From: a virus
Taxonomy: Duplodnaviria > Caudoviricetes
Strand: one strand, 5' to 3'
IMG/VR virus record: IMGVR_UViG_3300014208_000013
Span: 1 to 48,288 of that record
DNA length: 48,288 nucleotides
Position 1 is the first letter of the stretch. Each line of letters opens with the position of its first letter. The notes beneath the pieces were generated by a model. That model was given only the letters and a program-made list of their open reading frames with translations. It did not search any database and was not told the DNA's origin. Below are positions 17,475 to 27,125 of the stretch, piece after piece. The position numbers and the translations under genes were made by a program.

Positions 17475-17804
17475 ATGAATATAACCGATGATCAAATAAG
17501 CCGCCCACGCCTGATTGCAATGATCGCAAAAATACTCGCCAGTCAAAATCCGTGCGTGGTTATCGGTTTTACCTATTTGAACGGTAAAGCGCTGGTCGTC
17601 GGCGATATTCCTACTCGCGTCGCGGTTAACGACAAATTCATCCAGCAGTTAGGTGAATACTTTAAGGAGGTGCTGGATAGTATGAAGATAGACAACGACA
17701 ACTTACCAGAGCGCTTAAACCGCCTCCAGCGCAAGTGGGAAGGCGGCGTGGTCGGTAATATAATTAAAAACCCCGATGGCGGGGTGGAAGTTAAGTTTAA
17801 CTAA
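17475..17804 (+). CDS. Hypothetical protein
   Basis: 109-aa ORF preceding the helicase. Confidence 0.65.
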   Translation: MNITDDQISRPRLIAMIAKILASQNPCVVIGFTYLNGKALVVGDIPTRVAVNDKFIQQLGEYFKEVLDSMKIDNDNLPERLNRLQRKWEGGVVGNIIKNPDGGVEVKFN

Positions 17805-17808
17805 TGCA

Positions 17809-19332
17809 ATGTCAGACAATAACAAAAGAGTAGAGGACGCGGCGAAAAATTCGGTTTCCTTGGCTAGATTTTTTCTGGAAGAAACGCCTAATTTGGTATT
17901 GGATAAGGCAGCCTTAAACGGCGGGCTGGGGCCGGCTGATTTTTATTATTATGAAAACGGAATATATAATTATCTCGGCGGAAAGGTATTTGACGAATGG
18001 ATAATGCGCTTCTTGGTTAAATATAATATTACCCATATTTGGAAGGCAAACCGTCTGGCGGAGATCCAGCGCGCCATGGCCGCCCTAGGGATGCTTAAAG
18101 AGCTTGAATTTGACACTTATGACAACCTCGTGTGCCTTAAAAATGGCATATTAAACCTTGATACTTGGGAATTTATGCCCCACTCTAAGGATTTTGCCTT
18201 TAGGACGATGGTTGACGTGGACTATAACGCCAACGCGACAATAGAACAATGCCCGGAGTTTATTAATTTTTTAAAAGACTTATTTTTGGATGACGATGGA
18301 ACTGCCGATCAGGAGACAATAAATAATATTATTCGCATCGGAGGCTATCTATTATACCCTCAGAATCGGCTGGAGCAGATGTTTTTATTCCTCGGCGAAG
18401 GATCAAATGGTAAGTCGCTTTTGATTGATACGTTTTGCATGTTTTTTTCTAAAAATAATATTTCTTATCTTGACTTAAATACCATTTCCACCACCTCATC
18501 ATTAGAGCGCGAAAGGCTTATTGGATCGCGGATAAATATTACTACTGAAGCTAAGTCCAATAATGCCGATTCGGAAGTGATTAAAAAAATAATATCGTCT
18601 GAAGGAATAGAAATCCACCGCAAGTTTGCTAAAGCCGTTCCTTATAAGCCAATAACTAAGCTTGTAGTAGCCTCAAATACTAATCCATACTTTAACGATT
18701 CTACTCACGGCCTCTTTCGTCGGATATTTCCCATAACTTTTCCTAACCGTTTTGTTCCTCAAGATGAGTATGATTTAAAAAAGGGTAAGAAAAAAAGAAT
18801 TTTTGTCGCCAAGGACGGCCAGAAATTGCGAAAAATTTTCCAAAAAGAAAAAACCGCCATACTAAACCTATTTTTATCAGGCTTAAAAAGCCTCCGGGCG
18901 AACGGCTGGCGGCTGGTCAAGAGCTTAAATAGCCTAACCACCATGGAAGACTATAAGGATGCCGCTGATACCGCCGCCCTGTTTTTAAAAGACCATTATG
19001 AGGAGAACGAGGCGGATAAGGACGGAATAATGGGCATTACCACCGAGGAAATCCTTGCCCATTACCGGTGCTGGTATAGGGAGAACGTGAGCGAGAAACC
19101 GCTCAACTATTCCTCCCCGGCCATTGGTCGGAAGATTAGGGAACTTTTTAGGGTGGAATCAAAAAGAATTTATCATACGAACGGGACGCGGAAAACAGTG
19201 TTTTCGTTAAAGCCAAAATCTTATGTCGAAGAAATCGCAAAGACCATGGGAGTTAATGGGGCTGTCCTTACAGGAGAGCCTGAAAATGAAGCGCCGGTTT
19301 ATCAAAGGAAAATTGCGGGAATTAATGACTGA
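17809..19332 (+). CDS. D5/P4-type SF3 helicase (D5_N plus ATPase)
   Basis: LKNGILNL..EFMPHSKD, CPEF, GEGSNGKS, ASNTNP..DSTHGLFRR..FPNRF; likely start 17809. Confidence 0.9.
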   Translation: MSDNNKRVEDAAKNSVSLARFFLEETPNLVLDKAALNGGLGPADFYYYENGIYNYLGGKVFDEWIMRFLVKYNITHIWKANRLAEIQRAMAALGMLKELEFDTYDNLVCLKNGILNLDTWEFMPHSKDFAFRTMVDVDYNANATIEQCPEFINFLKDLFLDDDGTADQETINNIIRIGGYLLYPQNRLEQMFLFLGEGSNGKSLLIDTFCMFFSKNNISYLDLNTISTTSSLERERLIGSRINITTEAKSNNADSEVIKKIISSEGIEIHRKFAKAVPYKPITKLVVASNTNPYFNDSTHGLFRRIFPITFPNRFVPQDEYDLKKGKKKRIFVAKDGQKLRKIFQKEKTAILNLFLSGLKSLRANGWRLVKSLNSLTTMEDYKDAADTAALFLKDHYEENEADKDGIMGITTEEILAHYRCWYRENVSEKPLNYSSPAIGRKIRELFRVESKRIYHTNGTRKTVFSLKPKSYVEEIAKTMGVNGAVLTGEPENEAPVYQRKIAGIND

Positions 19333-19759
19333 ACTGGACAGGTGGATAGGATTTTATGCCGGGGCGCCAAAGAACAGTTTTTGGTATATTGACGGTGAAG
19401 TATCGATTATTAAAACCGGGTTGGAAAAATATCGCCGGAATTTATTTTGGATAGAGAAGACTATTAAGCGGTGCGAGAATAACGAGATTGTCGTTGATAA
19501 CAGTTTTGACGTTGATGAGATAAAGGCGCGTGTGGACGTTTCGCGCCTGCTGGGGATAAAACCGGATCAGAGGGGGACAGGAAAGGAGTTTTATAAATGT
19601 CCCCTGCATAATGAAAAAACCGCGTCGTTTGTGTGGAATACTGAAGAGAAATATTATTGTTGCTTCGGTTGTCAGGAAAAGGGTGATATTATAAATCTTT
19701 ATCAAAAATTATATAAATGCGATTTCGTGACGGCTTGTCGCGAATTGCAGTATATTTAA
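19325..19759 (+). CDS. Stand-alone CHC2 (DnaG-type) zinc-finger protein
   Basis: CPLHNEKTASF...YYCCFGCQEKGDII. Confidence 0.85.
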   Translation: MTELDRWIGFYAGAPKNSFWYIDGEVSIIKTGLEKYRRNLFWIEKTIKRCENNEIVVDNSFDVDEIKARVDVSRLLGIKPDQRGTGKEFYKCPLHNEKTASFVWNTEEKYYCCFGCQEKGDIINLYQKLYKCDFVTACRELQYI

Positions 19760-19763
19760 AATT

Positions 19764-19918
19764 ATGGACTGGACAGGAAATAAAAAATCAATGAATGTTG
19801 AAATTCTAAAAAAGGCAATAAAATATTTGACGAGATGACCGGAAGCGCGGTTTGTTACGCCTGGTATGTTTGGGTAAAAGGTTTTACCGGCGATCCGATT
19901 ATTAAGTGGATTAACTGA
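19764..19918 (+). pseudogene. Internally deleted phage DNA adenine methyltransferase remnant
   Basis: MDWTGNKKS N-terminus and, in another frame, the FDEMTGSAVCYAWYVWVKGFTGDPIIKWIN* C-terminus; no NPPY core between them. Confidence 0.65.
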
Positions 19919-19920
19919 CT

Positions 19921-19997
19921 TGTGGATAACTTTTTCAACTATTCTAATATTAGCTTAAATTAAATCATTTGACTATATATTCAATTTGATATACAAT
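19921..19997 (+). promoter_or_regulatory. DnaA box plus sigma70 promoter (probably leaderless transcript)
   Basis: TGTGGATAA at 19921; TTGACT (19969)-17 bp-TACAAT, ATG 5 nt after the -10. Confidence 0.65.
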
Positions 19998-20002
19998 AAA
20001 TT

Positions 20003-20170
20003 ATGGATAACAAATATCTAGTGGAGAAAATTTGCATAGAGTGCGAGGCGAAATTCCTCGTGAGAACCCAGCACGTAAAAAAACAAGTGCGCTGCAAAGA
20101 CTGTCAGGCGTATTACGTTCACGTTAAATTGATGGCGCTTCAACGCAAAAGAAGAGAAAAGCTAAAATAA
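20003..20170 (+). CDS. Small C4 zinc-finger protein (55 aa)
   Basis: Hand-translated CIEC...RCKDC with a basic tail. Confidence 0.65.
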   Translation: MDNKYLVEKICIECEAKFLVRTQHVKKQVRCKDCQAYYVHVKLMALQRKRREKLK

Positions 20171-20258
20171 ATTCCTTCCTTATCCTCCGAGCCGAAGACA
20201 GACGAAGGGCGTGATAAGGATGGAATACAATTATTTAATAAATTAACGATAAAACACT

Positions 20259-20903
20259 ATGGGACTAACAGCACGGGAACCCAAAACTTACGCCACCATT
20301 ATAAGCGATGGCACAATCAGGGTTAAAACATCAGAGTCCGATCCAAAAGCGGTAAAAAGACACTTCAAACTTTCGGACGGCACTGAGGGTGATAAGTGGG
20401 AGCAGGTTTATCATGAACTATCCGGAAAAATTGCCGGGATATTGTTCGTTGGAGGCAATTACGGCAAGACGCTGAATATTACGGTTAATGACGGCGAAGA
20501 CATAATTTTGCAGATGAGTATGCAATCTAATTACGCTGAGGATGTAATGAAAAAACTGCCATCCCTTGATTTAACCCAGCCGGTAACGTTTAAGCCATAC
20601 AGTTTTGAGGACAGCAAAAAGAAGCTCCGGCGCGGCATTTCCGTCATTCAGGGTGAAGTAAAAATTAAGAGCTTTTTTCATGACGAAAAAAACAACCCGA
20701 TTAATGATTTCCCGGCCTTTACTGGCGATCCGAAAGATAAAGAGGATTGGAAGATTTATTTTCTCACCACCCGGAAGTTTTTACAGAAATTCATTGAGGA
20801 CAACATCCAGCCCATGTTTCTTTTGGGGACGATAAATTCGGTAACAGAGGCTGAACCGTCGTTAGTGGATGATGACGTGGCCGTGCCAGGTGATCCGTTT
20901 TAA
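20259..20903 (+). CDS. Putative single-stranded DNA-binding protein
   Basis: Beta-rich body and acidic tail ending DDDVAVPGDPF, in the recombination module. Confidence 0.55.
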   Translation: MGLTAREPKTYATIISDGTIRVKTSESDPKAVKRHFKLSDGTEGDKWEQVYHELSGKIAGILFVGGNYGKTLNITVNDGEDIILQMSMQSNYAEDVMKKLPSLDLTQPVTFKPYSFEDSKKKLRRGISVIQGEVKIKSFFHDEKNNPINDFPAFTGDPKDKEDWKIYFLTTRKFLQKFIEDNIQPMFLLGTINSVTEAEPSLVDDDVAVPGDPF

Positions 20904-20969
20904 GATTAGTTTCAGACGCCGAGCCTTTTAGCCTCCAGGACTAGAGGGCTTGCGTATTAAACTAAATAT

Positions 20970-21164
20970 ATGATTATAAAATCAATTTCACTAACCAAAA
21001 GCAAGACCGTGGGACTCGTGTCCCAGGGCGGCAAGAGCCATTTTAAAAAGATAACCATTACCGCTTCGGCGGAGATTGAAAAGGACGACGATCCAAACAA
21101 GGCTTACGAGGATTTGTCGGCTTATTTAGAATCTCGTTTTTTATACGAGAAAAATTTAAAATAA
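20970..21164 (+). CDS. Hypothetical protein
   Basis: 64-aa ORF in operon. Confidence 0.6.
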   Translation: MIIKSISLTKSKTVGLVSQGGKSHFKKITITASAEIEKDDDPNKAYEDLSAYLESRFLYEKNLK

Positions 21165-21169
21165 TTGTT

Positions 21170-21817
21170 ATGCCGAAAGGAGTGCCGAAAAATGGAGTAA
21201 ATAAAGGATGGTTTAAAAAGGGAAACATTCCGTGGTGTCAAGGGAAAAAAAGACCAGATATTAGCTTAAGACAAATTGGTGCGGGAAATCACATGTTTGG
21301 TAAAACTTCATGGAGTAAAGGGTTGACTGGAATATTCAAACATTCTAAAGAAACGAAAATAAGAATGAGCAAAGTTCACAAAGGATTAAATACTTGGATG
21401 AAGGGTAAAAAATTATCAGAAGAAACGAAAAGAAAAATAGGGCTATCTAGTAAGGGTAGAAAAGTGTCAATGGAATCAAGGAAAAAAAATAGTTTGTCGA
21501 AAACTGGAAGTAAAAATCCAATGTGGAAAGGGGGAATTACTCCTAATCATAAAAAAATAAGAAATTTATTTGAAATAAAATTATGGCGTGATGCGGTATT
21601 AGCCAGAGATAATTATCTTTGTCAGAAGTGTAACATTGGAAGTGATAAATTAAATGCTCATCATATCAAAAATTTTATCAAATTTTTGGAATTGAGGACG
21701 TCTATAGAGAATGGAATTACCTTGTGTGAAAAATGTCATATAAAATTCCATAAGATATACGGAAAAACAAATAACACTAAAGAACAAATAGATGATTTTA
21801 TAATTAATGTAAGATAA
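21170..21817 (+). CDS. NUMOD3-repeat HNH homing endonuclease
   Basis: HSKETKIRMS / LSEETKRKIG repeats, NPMWKGG, RDNYLCQKC..AHHIK..NGITLCEKCH. Confidence 0.9.
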   Translation: MPKGVPKNGVNKGWFKKGNIPWCQGKKRPDISLRQIGAGNHMFGKTSWSKGLTGIFKHSKETKIRMSKVHKGLNTWMKGKKLSEETKRKIGLSSKGRKVSMESRKKNSLSKTGSKNPMWKGGITPNHKKIRNLFEIKLWRDAVLARDNYLCQKCNIGSDKLNAHHIKNFIKFLELRTSIENGITLCEKCHIKFHKIYGKTNNTKEQIDDFIINVR

Positions 21818-21822
21818 ATTTT

Positions 21823-23058
21823 ATGAAGATTATTAATGCTATTATTCAGAATTATAAATGTATTAGACGCGTTGAAATTTTCCCTTCGGGGAACATGACG
21901 GTAATCTCCGGCAATAACGCTTCCGGCAAGTCATCGGCCATTGAAGCGATAGTCAGCACCTTGGCCGGCAAAAATAAGGAAACCAAGGTTCCCGTAAGGC
22001 TGGGTGAGAATGGGTCAATTATAGAGATAGAGCTTGATGACCTGAAAATAGTCCGCACGATCGGCACTGACGGTAAAGATCAGCTTACCGTTTATGATAA
22101 AAACGGTTTCGTGGCTAAGCGGCCGCGCACCCGGCTAGATGAGCTGATTGATAAGCGCAAATTTGACGTAATGACCTTTATCTCTGGCACTCCAAAAGAC
22201 CAGCGCGCCCTGCTTTTAGACTTGGCTGGAATTTCTTTCGGGGAAATTGATTCGCGGAAAAATAAGATTTATGAGGACAGAACTGTTATCGGCCGGGAGC
22301 GCGACAGCTTAAAGGGCCAGCTGGATGGGTTAAAAGAGGTGGTAGGGGCGCCGGACAAGATCATTAACACCCAAGAGCTTATTAATCAAGTAAAAGAGAA
22401 TAACGAATATAACGCCGGAATCCGTTCCAGCCAGCTCATGTTGCAAACCCAAAAAGATAAGCGCAATATGCTGGAAATGGACATTAAGCAGCTGGAGGAT
22501 AAATTGAACATGATGAAGGCTCAAATGGAAGGATTGGACGCCAACATCGCGCAAATGGAAGCTAAGGCCAATGACTTAACGCCAAAAGACAATACCGCCT
22601 TGGAAAATCAGCTTAAAAATGCTGAGGAATTAAATAACGCCTATCGGCAAAAGGTGAAGCGGGAAGAAGCGCTAAATGCTTTTAACGCCAAATTAAAAGA
22701 ATATAGCGACAAGACTGCCGAATACGAAACCGCGGAAAAAGAGAAAATTACTATGTTAAAGGAAGCTAAATTTCCGATTGACGGTTTATCGGTCTCGGAC
22801 GACGGGGTGTTGTATAACGGCTTGCCCTTAGAGCAGGAAAGCCACTCCAATCGGATTAAGGTGGCATTATCAATTGCGATTACCATGCCTTCGGAGCTTA
22901 GGACGATAGTCTTGGATGATGGCGAAACGATCGATGATGGTAATATGAAAGTAATTGACGAATGGGCGATAGCCAATGAATATCAAATAATTATGGCGCG
23001 CCGGAGCGATCCAGGGGAAAATGTAATTACTATTAAGGAAGGAAAAATATGCAAGTAG
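21823..23058 (+). CDS. SMC/Rad50-like coiled-coil ATPase
   Basis: IQNYKCI, GNNASGKSS, long coiled coil, IVLDDGE Walker B. Confidence 0.85.
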   Translation: MKIINAIIQNYKCIRRVEIFPSGNMTVISGNNASGKSSAIEAIVSTLAGKNKETKVPVRLGENGSIIEIELDDLKIVRTIGTDGKDQLTVYDKNGFVAKRPRTRLDELIDKRKFDVMTFISGTPKDQRALLLDLAGISFGEIDSRKNKIYEDRTVIGRERDSLKGQLDGLKEVVGAPDKIINTQELINQVKENNEYNAGIRSSQLMLQTQKDKRNMLEMDIKQLEDKLNMMKAQMEGLDANIAQMEAKANDLTPKDNTALENQLKNAEELNNAYRQKVKREEALNAFNAKLKEYSDKTAEYETAEKEKITMLKEAKFPIDGLSVSDDGVLYNGLPLEQESHSNRIKVALSIAITMPSELRTIVLDDGETIDDGNMKVIDEWAIANEYQIIMARRSDPGENVITIKEGKICK

Positions 23059-23837
23059 ATTTAACTAATTATCATAGTTTGGGAAATCGTTTCTTAACCA
23101 ATTCAAGGATTGGTGACTGGCTAAAATGCAAGCGTTTTTTCTTTGAGCGCCATATCTCCGGTCAGCGTTCGGGTATTGTGATGACTGACGCTCTTCGCGT
23201 GGGAAGTGCGGTCGACACCTTTATGTTTTTCGGCGAAGAGGCGTTTGCCAATAAGTTTGTAGCCGCGAAAAGAAGGAACCTTAAAAATCCCCTGTTAAAT
23301 GTGATTGAGCTTACTGAAAAGCAGTTCCAAGACGTGTTTGATATGTGCGAGGTGCTGTTAAGACAGCCCGCCGTTAAAGACTTGGCTCTATACGATCGCC
23401 AAACCATTATGACCGCGGATATGCCGATAGGGAATCATTTTTGCGGGCTTGCGTGTATTCCTGACTGGATCAAGATTGATGGTGATACCTGTTATATAGT
23501 TGACCTAAAGACCGCCTATGACCCGTCGGAGCATAAATATCACTACAAGTGCCTTGACCTTGGATATTACCGGCAGTTCGCCGTGATGAAGCTGGTAGTT
23601 GAAGCTAATCACCCGGAAGTAAAGAAATTCACCTACCGCCACGTGGGAGTAGAGAAAGACAAGGATTCTATTTTTAATCCGTTCGCTTTTTACCTGGCCA
23701 ATGAACAAGTTGATTTCTTCGCCAATCAGATCGTAAACGAAATCGTGCCAGCCATAGCCGAGGAAAAAGATTTCTTGCCTAACGAGGTGTCGTGGGATAA
23801 AGCGCCGACGATAGGAAATATTGAAGATGATTTTTAA
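23049..23837 (+). CDS. PD-(D/E)XK exonuclease (RecE/ExoVIII-like)
   Basis: IPDW...IVDLKT...GYYRQFA motifs. Confidence 0.8.
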   Translation: MQVDLTNYHSLGNRFLTNSRIGDWLKCKRFFFERHISGQRSGIVMTDALRVGSAVDTFMFFGEEAFANKFVAAKRRNLKNPLLNVIELTEKQFQDVFDMCEVLLRQPAVKDLALYDRQTIMTADMPIGNHFCGLACIPDWIKIDGDTCYIVDLKTAYDPSEHKYHYKCLDLGYYRQFAVMKLVVEANHPEVKKFTYRHVGVEKDKDSIFNPFAFYLANEQVDFFANQIVNEIVPAIAEEKDFLPNEVSWDKAPTIGNIEDDF

Positions 23838-23841
23838 ATAT

Positions 23842-24123
23842 ATGACTAAAAAAACAATTGCTAGAAAATTAAGGACGCAAGCGGAAATTAAGCACAAGGT
23901 TCCGATTTTTCAAACTAAAAATTGGAATAAAAGGGCTAAGTTAATTCAAATTAAAGTTAAAAATAAAATAGAAAAAGCAAAAAAAAGGAAAATTGAAAGA
24001 TTAAAAAAATTGAAAAATATTCCTAAAAGTATTAAGAAACGATTGTCAACAGCCGAAAAAAGTCATTTAAAAAAAGTTGCCAAAAGGAAAAGTTTTTTGA
24101 ATAAAATAAAAACACTGTCTTAA
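23842..24123 (+). CDS. Very Lys/Arg-rich small protein
   Basis: Likely start MTKK at 23842. Confidence 0.5.
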   Translation: MTKKTIARKLRTQAEIKHKVPIFQTKNWNKRAKLIQIKVKNKIEKAKKRKIERLKKLKNIPKSIKKRLSTAEKSHLKKVAKRKSFLNKIKTLS

Positions 24124-24287
24124 TCCGCTAAAAATTCCGAGGAGCTTCCTTAGTAAAGGAGTGGGAAATAATTAGGCGGACAAGACGGGTTTAAATACAA
24201 TATCCGGGGAGGGAGTGGTTTACAAACAAGCATAGGGAACTTTCTTTCTCCGCTTCTTTCCCCGGATGAATGTATATGAGTTTTAAT

Positions 24288-24632
24288 ATGAAACACTTAG
24301 ACCTATTTAGCGGCATCGGCGGCTTTGCTTTAGCTTTAGAAAAAGTATATGGAAATAATAATGTGGGGAGGGTTGCAAGCCCATCAGACACCGAGGATGG
24401 ACGGAATATGCCCCTGCCTGAATCAAGCGATGGGAATGGGCGGACTAAGTATGGATTAGGAAAAGATTTAAATTGGCAAAGACCAGATAGCCACGATTTA
24501 TCCAAAGCTAATTATGAAAAAATAGAAATCTCTGACTCCCAGCGTTACAAGCTATGCGGAAACGGTGTCGTCGTTAATGTAGTTGAAGAAATAATTAAGA
24601 ATGTAATATGCAACTCCGAGATCACCAACTAA
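24288..24632 (+). pseudogene. Internally deleted C5-cytosine methyltransferase (motif I and motif X only)
   Basis: MKHLDLFSGIGGF ... SDSQRYKLCGNGVVVNVV with no PCQ or ENV motifs. Confidence 0.75.
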
Positions 24633-25807
24633 AAATCTTCAATGAGAACCCGACGAATACGGGGTTGTTTCTTGAGATGCGTGTGGGTAAATCACCTTTG
24701 GCTATACGTTTAGCGGCTAAAAACTGTATCTCCTGCCTCTGCATAGTCCCAAAGCCCTTGTTAGAACAATGGCGCGAATACATCAAGCTCTGGGATGACA
24801 AGGGAATAATGTGGGAGGTAATAGGCAAGGAGCAGTTTAGGATTAACTATAAAGATATACAATCTTACGATGGTCTGATTATAGATGAAGTCCATAGACA
24901 GGGCGGAAACTATAAGTCAAAGTTCTTTAAAGCAGTGATGGCCTATAAGAAAAGATACGCAGTTAATAAGCTGTGGATTTTATCAGGAACTCCTTTCTCA
25001 AATAATTCTTTCTCGGTATATTCATTAGCTTTGTTGTTAGGTCGTCAATTAAATTGGTGGGACTGGCGTAATAGATATTTTAATATGATTCGTATGGGCG
25101 TTCGCCTTATCCCTATTCAGAAAACAGGGATAGAGAAAGAGATGGCTCAATGGATTAAATCGCTTGGTTATGTTTTAAAGCTGTCGGACGTTGGCGAGGT
25201 TCCGGATGATGAGTATATTAATGAGTATTTTGATCTTAATGGATTACAGAAAGATTTAATTAAAAATAGTTTTGACCCTTTGCCCGTGGTTCGCTTTACA
25301 AGATACCATCAGATAGAAAGCGGTTGCCTTAAAAGCGATGGCTATGCCGCCCCGGTTATTGTTCAATGCCAGAAGACCGATAGGATATTGGAATTAGCAG
25401 AAGAGAACGACAAGTTGGCGATTGTTTGTAGGTATAATTTGCAAATAGAAAATTACAAGCAGACACTTGAGGAAAATGGTTATCGAGTTCTGGTTATAAA
25501 CGGCGCCACTAAGGACAGGAACGAAGTCATCAAGCAAATTGACCTTTTAGGAAAATGTATTGTCTTGATCCAGAGTCAATGCTCGGATGGCTACTCACTA
25601 AAAAGTATTGGAGTAATGGTCTTCGCCAGTATGTCGTTCTCATTCGTCGATTATAAACAGATGACTTACAGGGTAAAAGACATGGATAAGAAGACCGGCA
25701 ATACTTATATTCACCTTTTAACCAGAGATAAGGGTTCGGTAGATCAAGGGGTATTCGATAGTGTTAAAAAGAAAGAAGATTTTAACATTGAGATATTTAA
25801 AAAGTAA
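24608..25807 (+). CDS. SF2 (SNF2-like) helicase
   Basis: LRDHQ, MRVGKS, IIDEVH, LSGTP, Q...RV motifs. Confidence 0.85.
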   Translation: MQLRDHQLKIFNENPTNTGLFLEMRVGKSPLAIRLAAKNCISCLCIVPKPLLEQWREYIKLWDDKGIMWEVIGKEQFRINYKDIQSYDGLIIDEVHRQGGNYKSKFFKAVMAYKKRYAVNKLWILSGTPFSNNSFSVYSLALLLGRQLNWWDWRNRYFNMIRMGVRLIPIQKTGIEKEMAQWIKSLGYVLKLSDVGEVPDDEYINEYFDLNGLQKDLIKNSFDPLPVVRFTRYHQIESGCLKSDGYAAPVIVQCQKTDRILELAEENDKLAIVCRYNLQIENYKQTLEENGYRVLVINGATKDRNEVIKQIDLLGKCIVLIQSQCSDGYSLKSIGVMVFASMSFSFVDYKQMTYRVKDMDKKTGNTYIHLLTRDKGSVDQGVFDSVKKKEDFNIEIFKK

Positions 25808-25814
25808 CAAATCT

Positions 25815-27125
25815 ATGAAATTAAACATCGGTACAGTTCAATTACCCATAAGCGCGGCCACCAAAACCTTTGCCATCTTGGCCAAGCGCGGGGCTGGCAA
25901 GACCTATACCGGCGCGGTAATGGCCGAAGAATTTTATAAAAACAATATTCCGTTCGTGGTCTTTGACCCGATTGATGTTTGGTGGGGTTTGCGCTTCAAC
26001 AAAAATGGCAAGGATAAAGGCCTGCCGGTAGTAGTTTTTGGCTTGGAACACGCAGACATTAAGCTTGACCGGGATATGGGCAGACGCATTGCGCAGGCGG
26101 TCGTTCGTGAAAATGTTTCTGTGGTCATCTCCACTTTTGGCCTTCCGAAAGTCGCCCAGCGTCATTTGATTGCGGAATTTTCCGAAGAGCTTCTAAACAT
26201 CAATAATACCCCCAGACATATCTTTGTTGAGGAAGCGCACGAATTCGTTCCGCAACGGGTTCAGGGCGCAATGGGCAAAGTATTTAGTGCGGTTGAAGCC
26301 TTAGTAGTTATGGGCCGGAATAGGGGGATCGGCGTCACGCTGATTAATCAGAGGGCGGCCACAGTCAATAAAGATGTCTTAACCCAACTGGACACGCTTC
26401 TGGCTTTCAGAAATGTCAGTCCCCAAGACCGCAAGGCTTTGAAAGAATGGGTTGAGGCTCATTCGGCCGAAGGGGATTTTGATAAATTTATGGATTCGTT
26501 GCCTACCTTGCCGACTGGCGAAGGTTGGATATGGTCGCCCGAATTTATGGGAGTGTTTGAAAAAATCAAGATTCGCAGGCGAGAAACTTTTCATCCGGAT
26601 AGAGAAAAATTGGGCAATAAATTTGAGATGCCGAAGCTTGAGCAAATTGACATTCAGTCGTTTATTGAAAAATTTTCCAAGGAGGCACCTAAAGAAAAAT
26701 CAGAATTAAAAGAAACTGCTAAAACTATCAAACCAGAGCCAGCCCCTCACATTGAAATTATTAATATGCGTAATGAATACGAGAGTCAATTAATTCAAAA
26801 AGATACTCGTATAAGGCAGTTGGAAGCGATTATCGCTAATGGGGTAAAAGCTTTAGGAGGTGGTCAGGGTCAAACCATTTCGGCAATGCCAATATCTAAC
26901 GACGCAGTTTCTCTTTGGCAATCAAAACTTGGAGGCGGATTAGCCGGTAGAGCTTTTAAGTTTATTTCAGAAAATCCAACGCGGCAATTTACGCGCGAAC
27001 AGATTTGCCTGGCAATCGGCGTGCCATCAAAGGCTGGACACACTTCCAATGAATTTGGAAAGCTTATGAGAACTGGTGCTGTGGTGAGAAACGGACACTT
27101 ATATCAGCTTAATACAAATTTATGA
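25815..27125 (+). CDS. HerA/DUF87-like P-loop ATPase with C-terminal winged helix
   Basis: AKRGAGKTY, FDP, VEEAHEF, GRNRGIG...NQR; likely start 25815. Confidence 0.8.
   Translation: MKLNIGTVQLPISAATKTFAILAKRGAGKTYTGAVMAEEFYKNNIPFVVFDPIDVWWGLRFNKNGKDKGLPVVVFGLEHADIKLDRDMGRRIAQAVVRENVSVVISTFGLPKVAQRHLIAEFSEELLNINNTPRHIFVEEAHEFVPQRVQGAMGKVFSAVEALVVMGRNRGIGVTLINQRAATVNKDVLTQLDTLLAFRNVSPQDRKALKEWVEAHSAEGDFDKFMDSLPTLPTGEGWIWSPEFMGVFEKIKIRRRETFHPDREKLGNKFEMPKLEQIDIQSFIEKFSKEAPKEKSELKETAKTIKPEPAPHIEIINMRNEYESQLIQKDTRIRQLEAIIANGVKALGGGQGQTISAMPISNDAVSLWQSKLGGGLAGRAFKFISENPTRQFTREQICLAIGVPSKAGHTSNEFGKLMRTGAVVRNGHLYQLNTNL

Noticed and set aside
21170-21817. Group I intron around the NUMOD3-HNH gene
   Set aside because: Flanking genes are complete and the ORF is free-standing with only 5-nt gaps, leaving no room for a ribozyme core.
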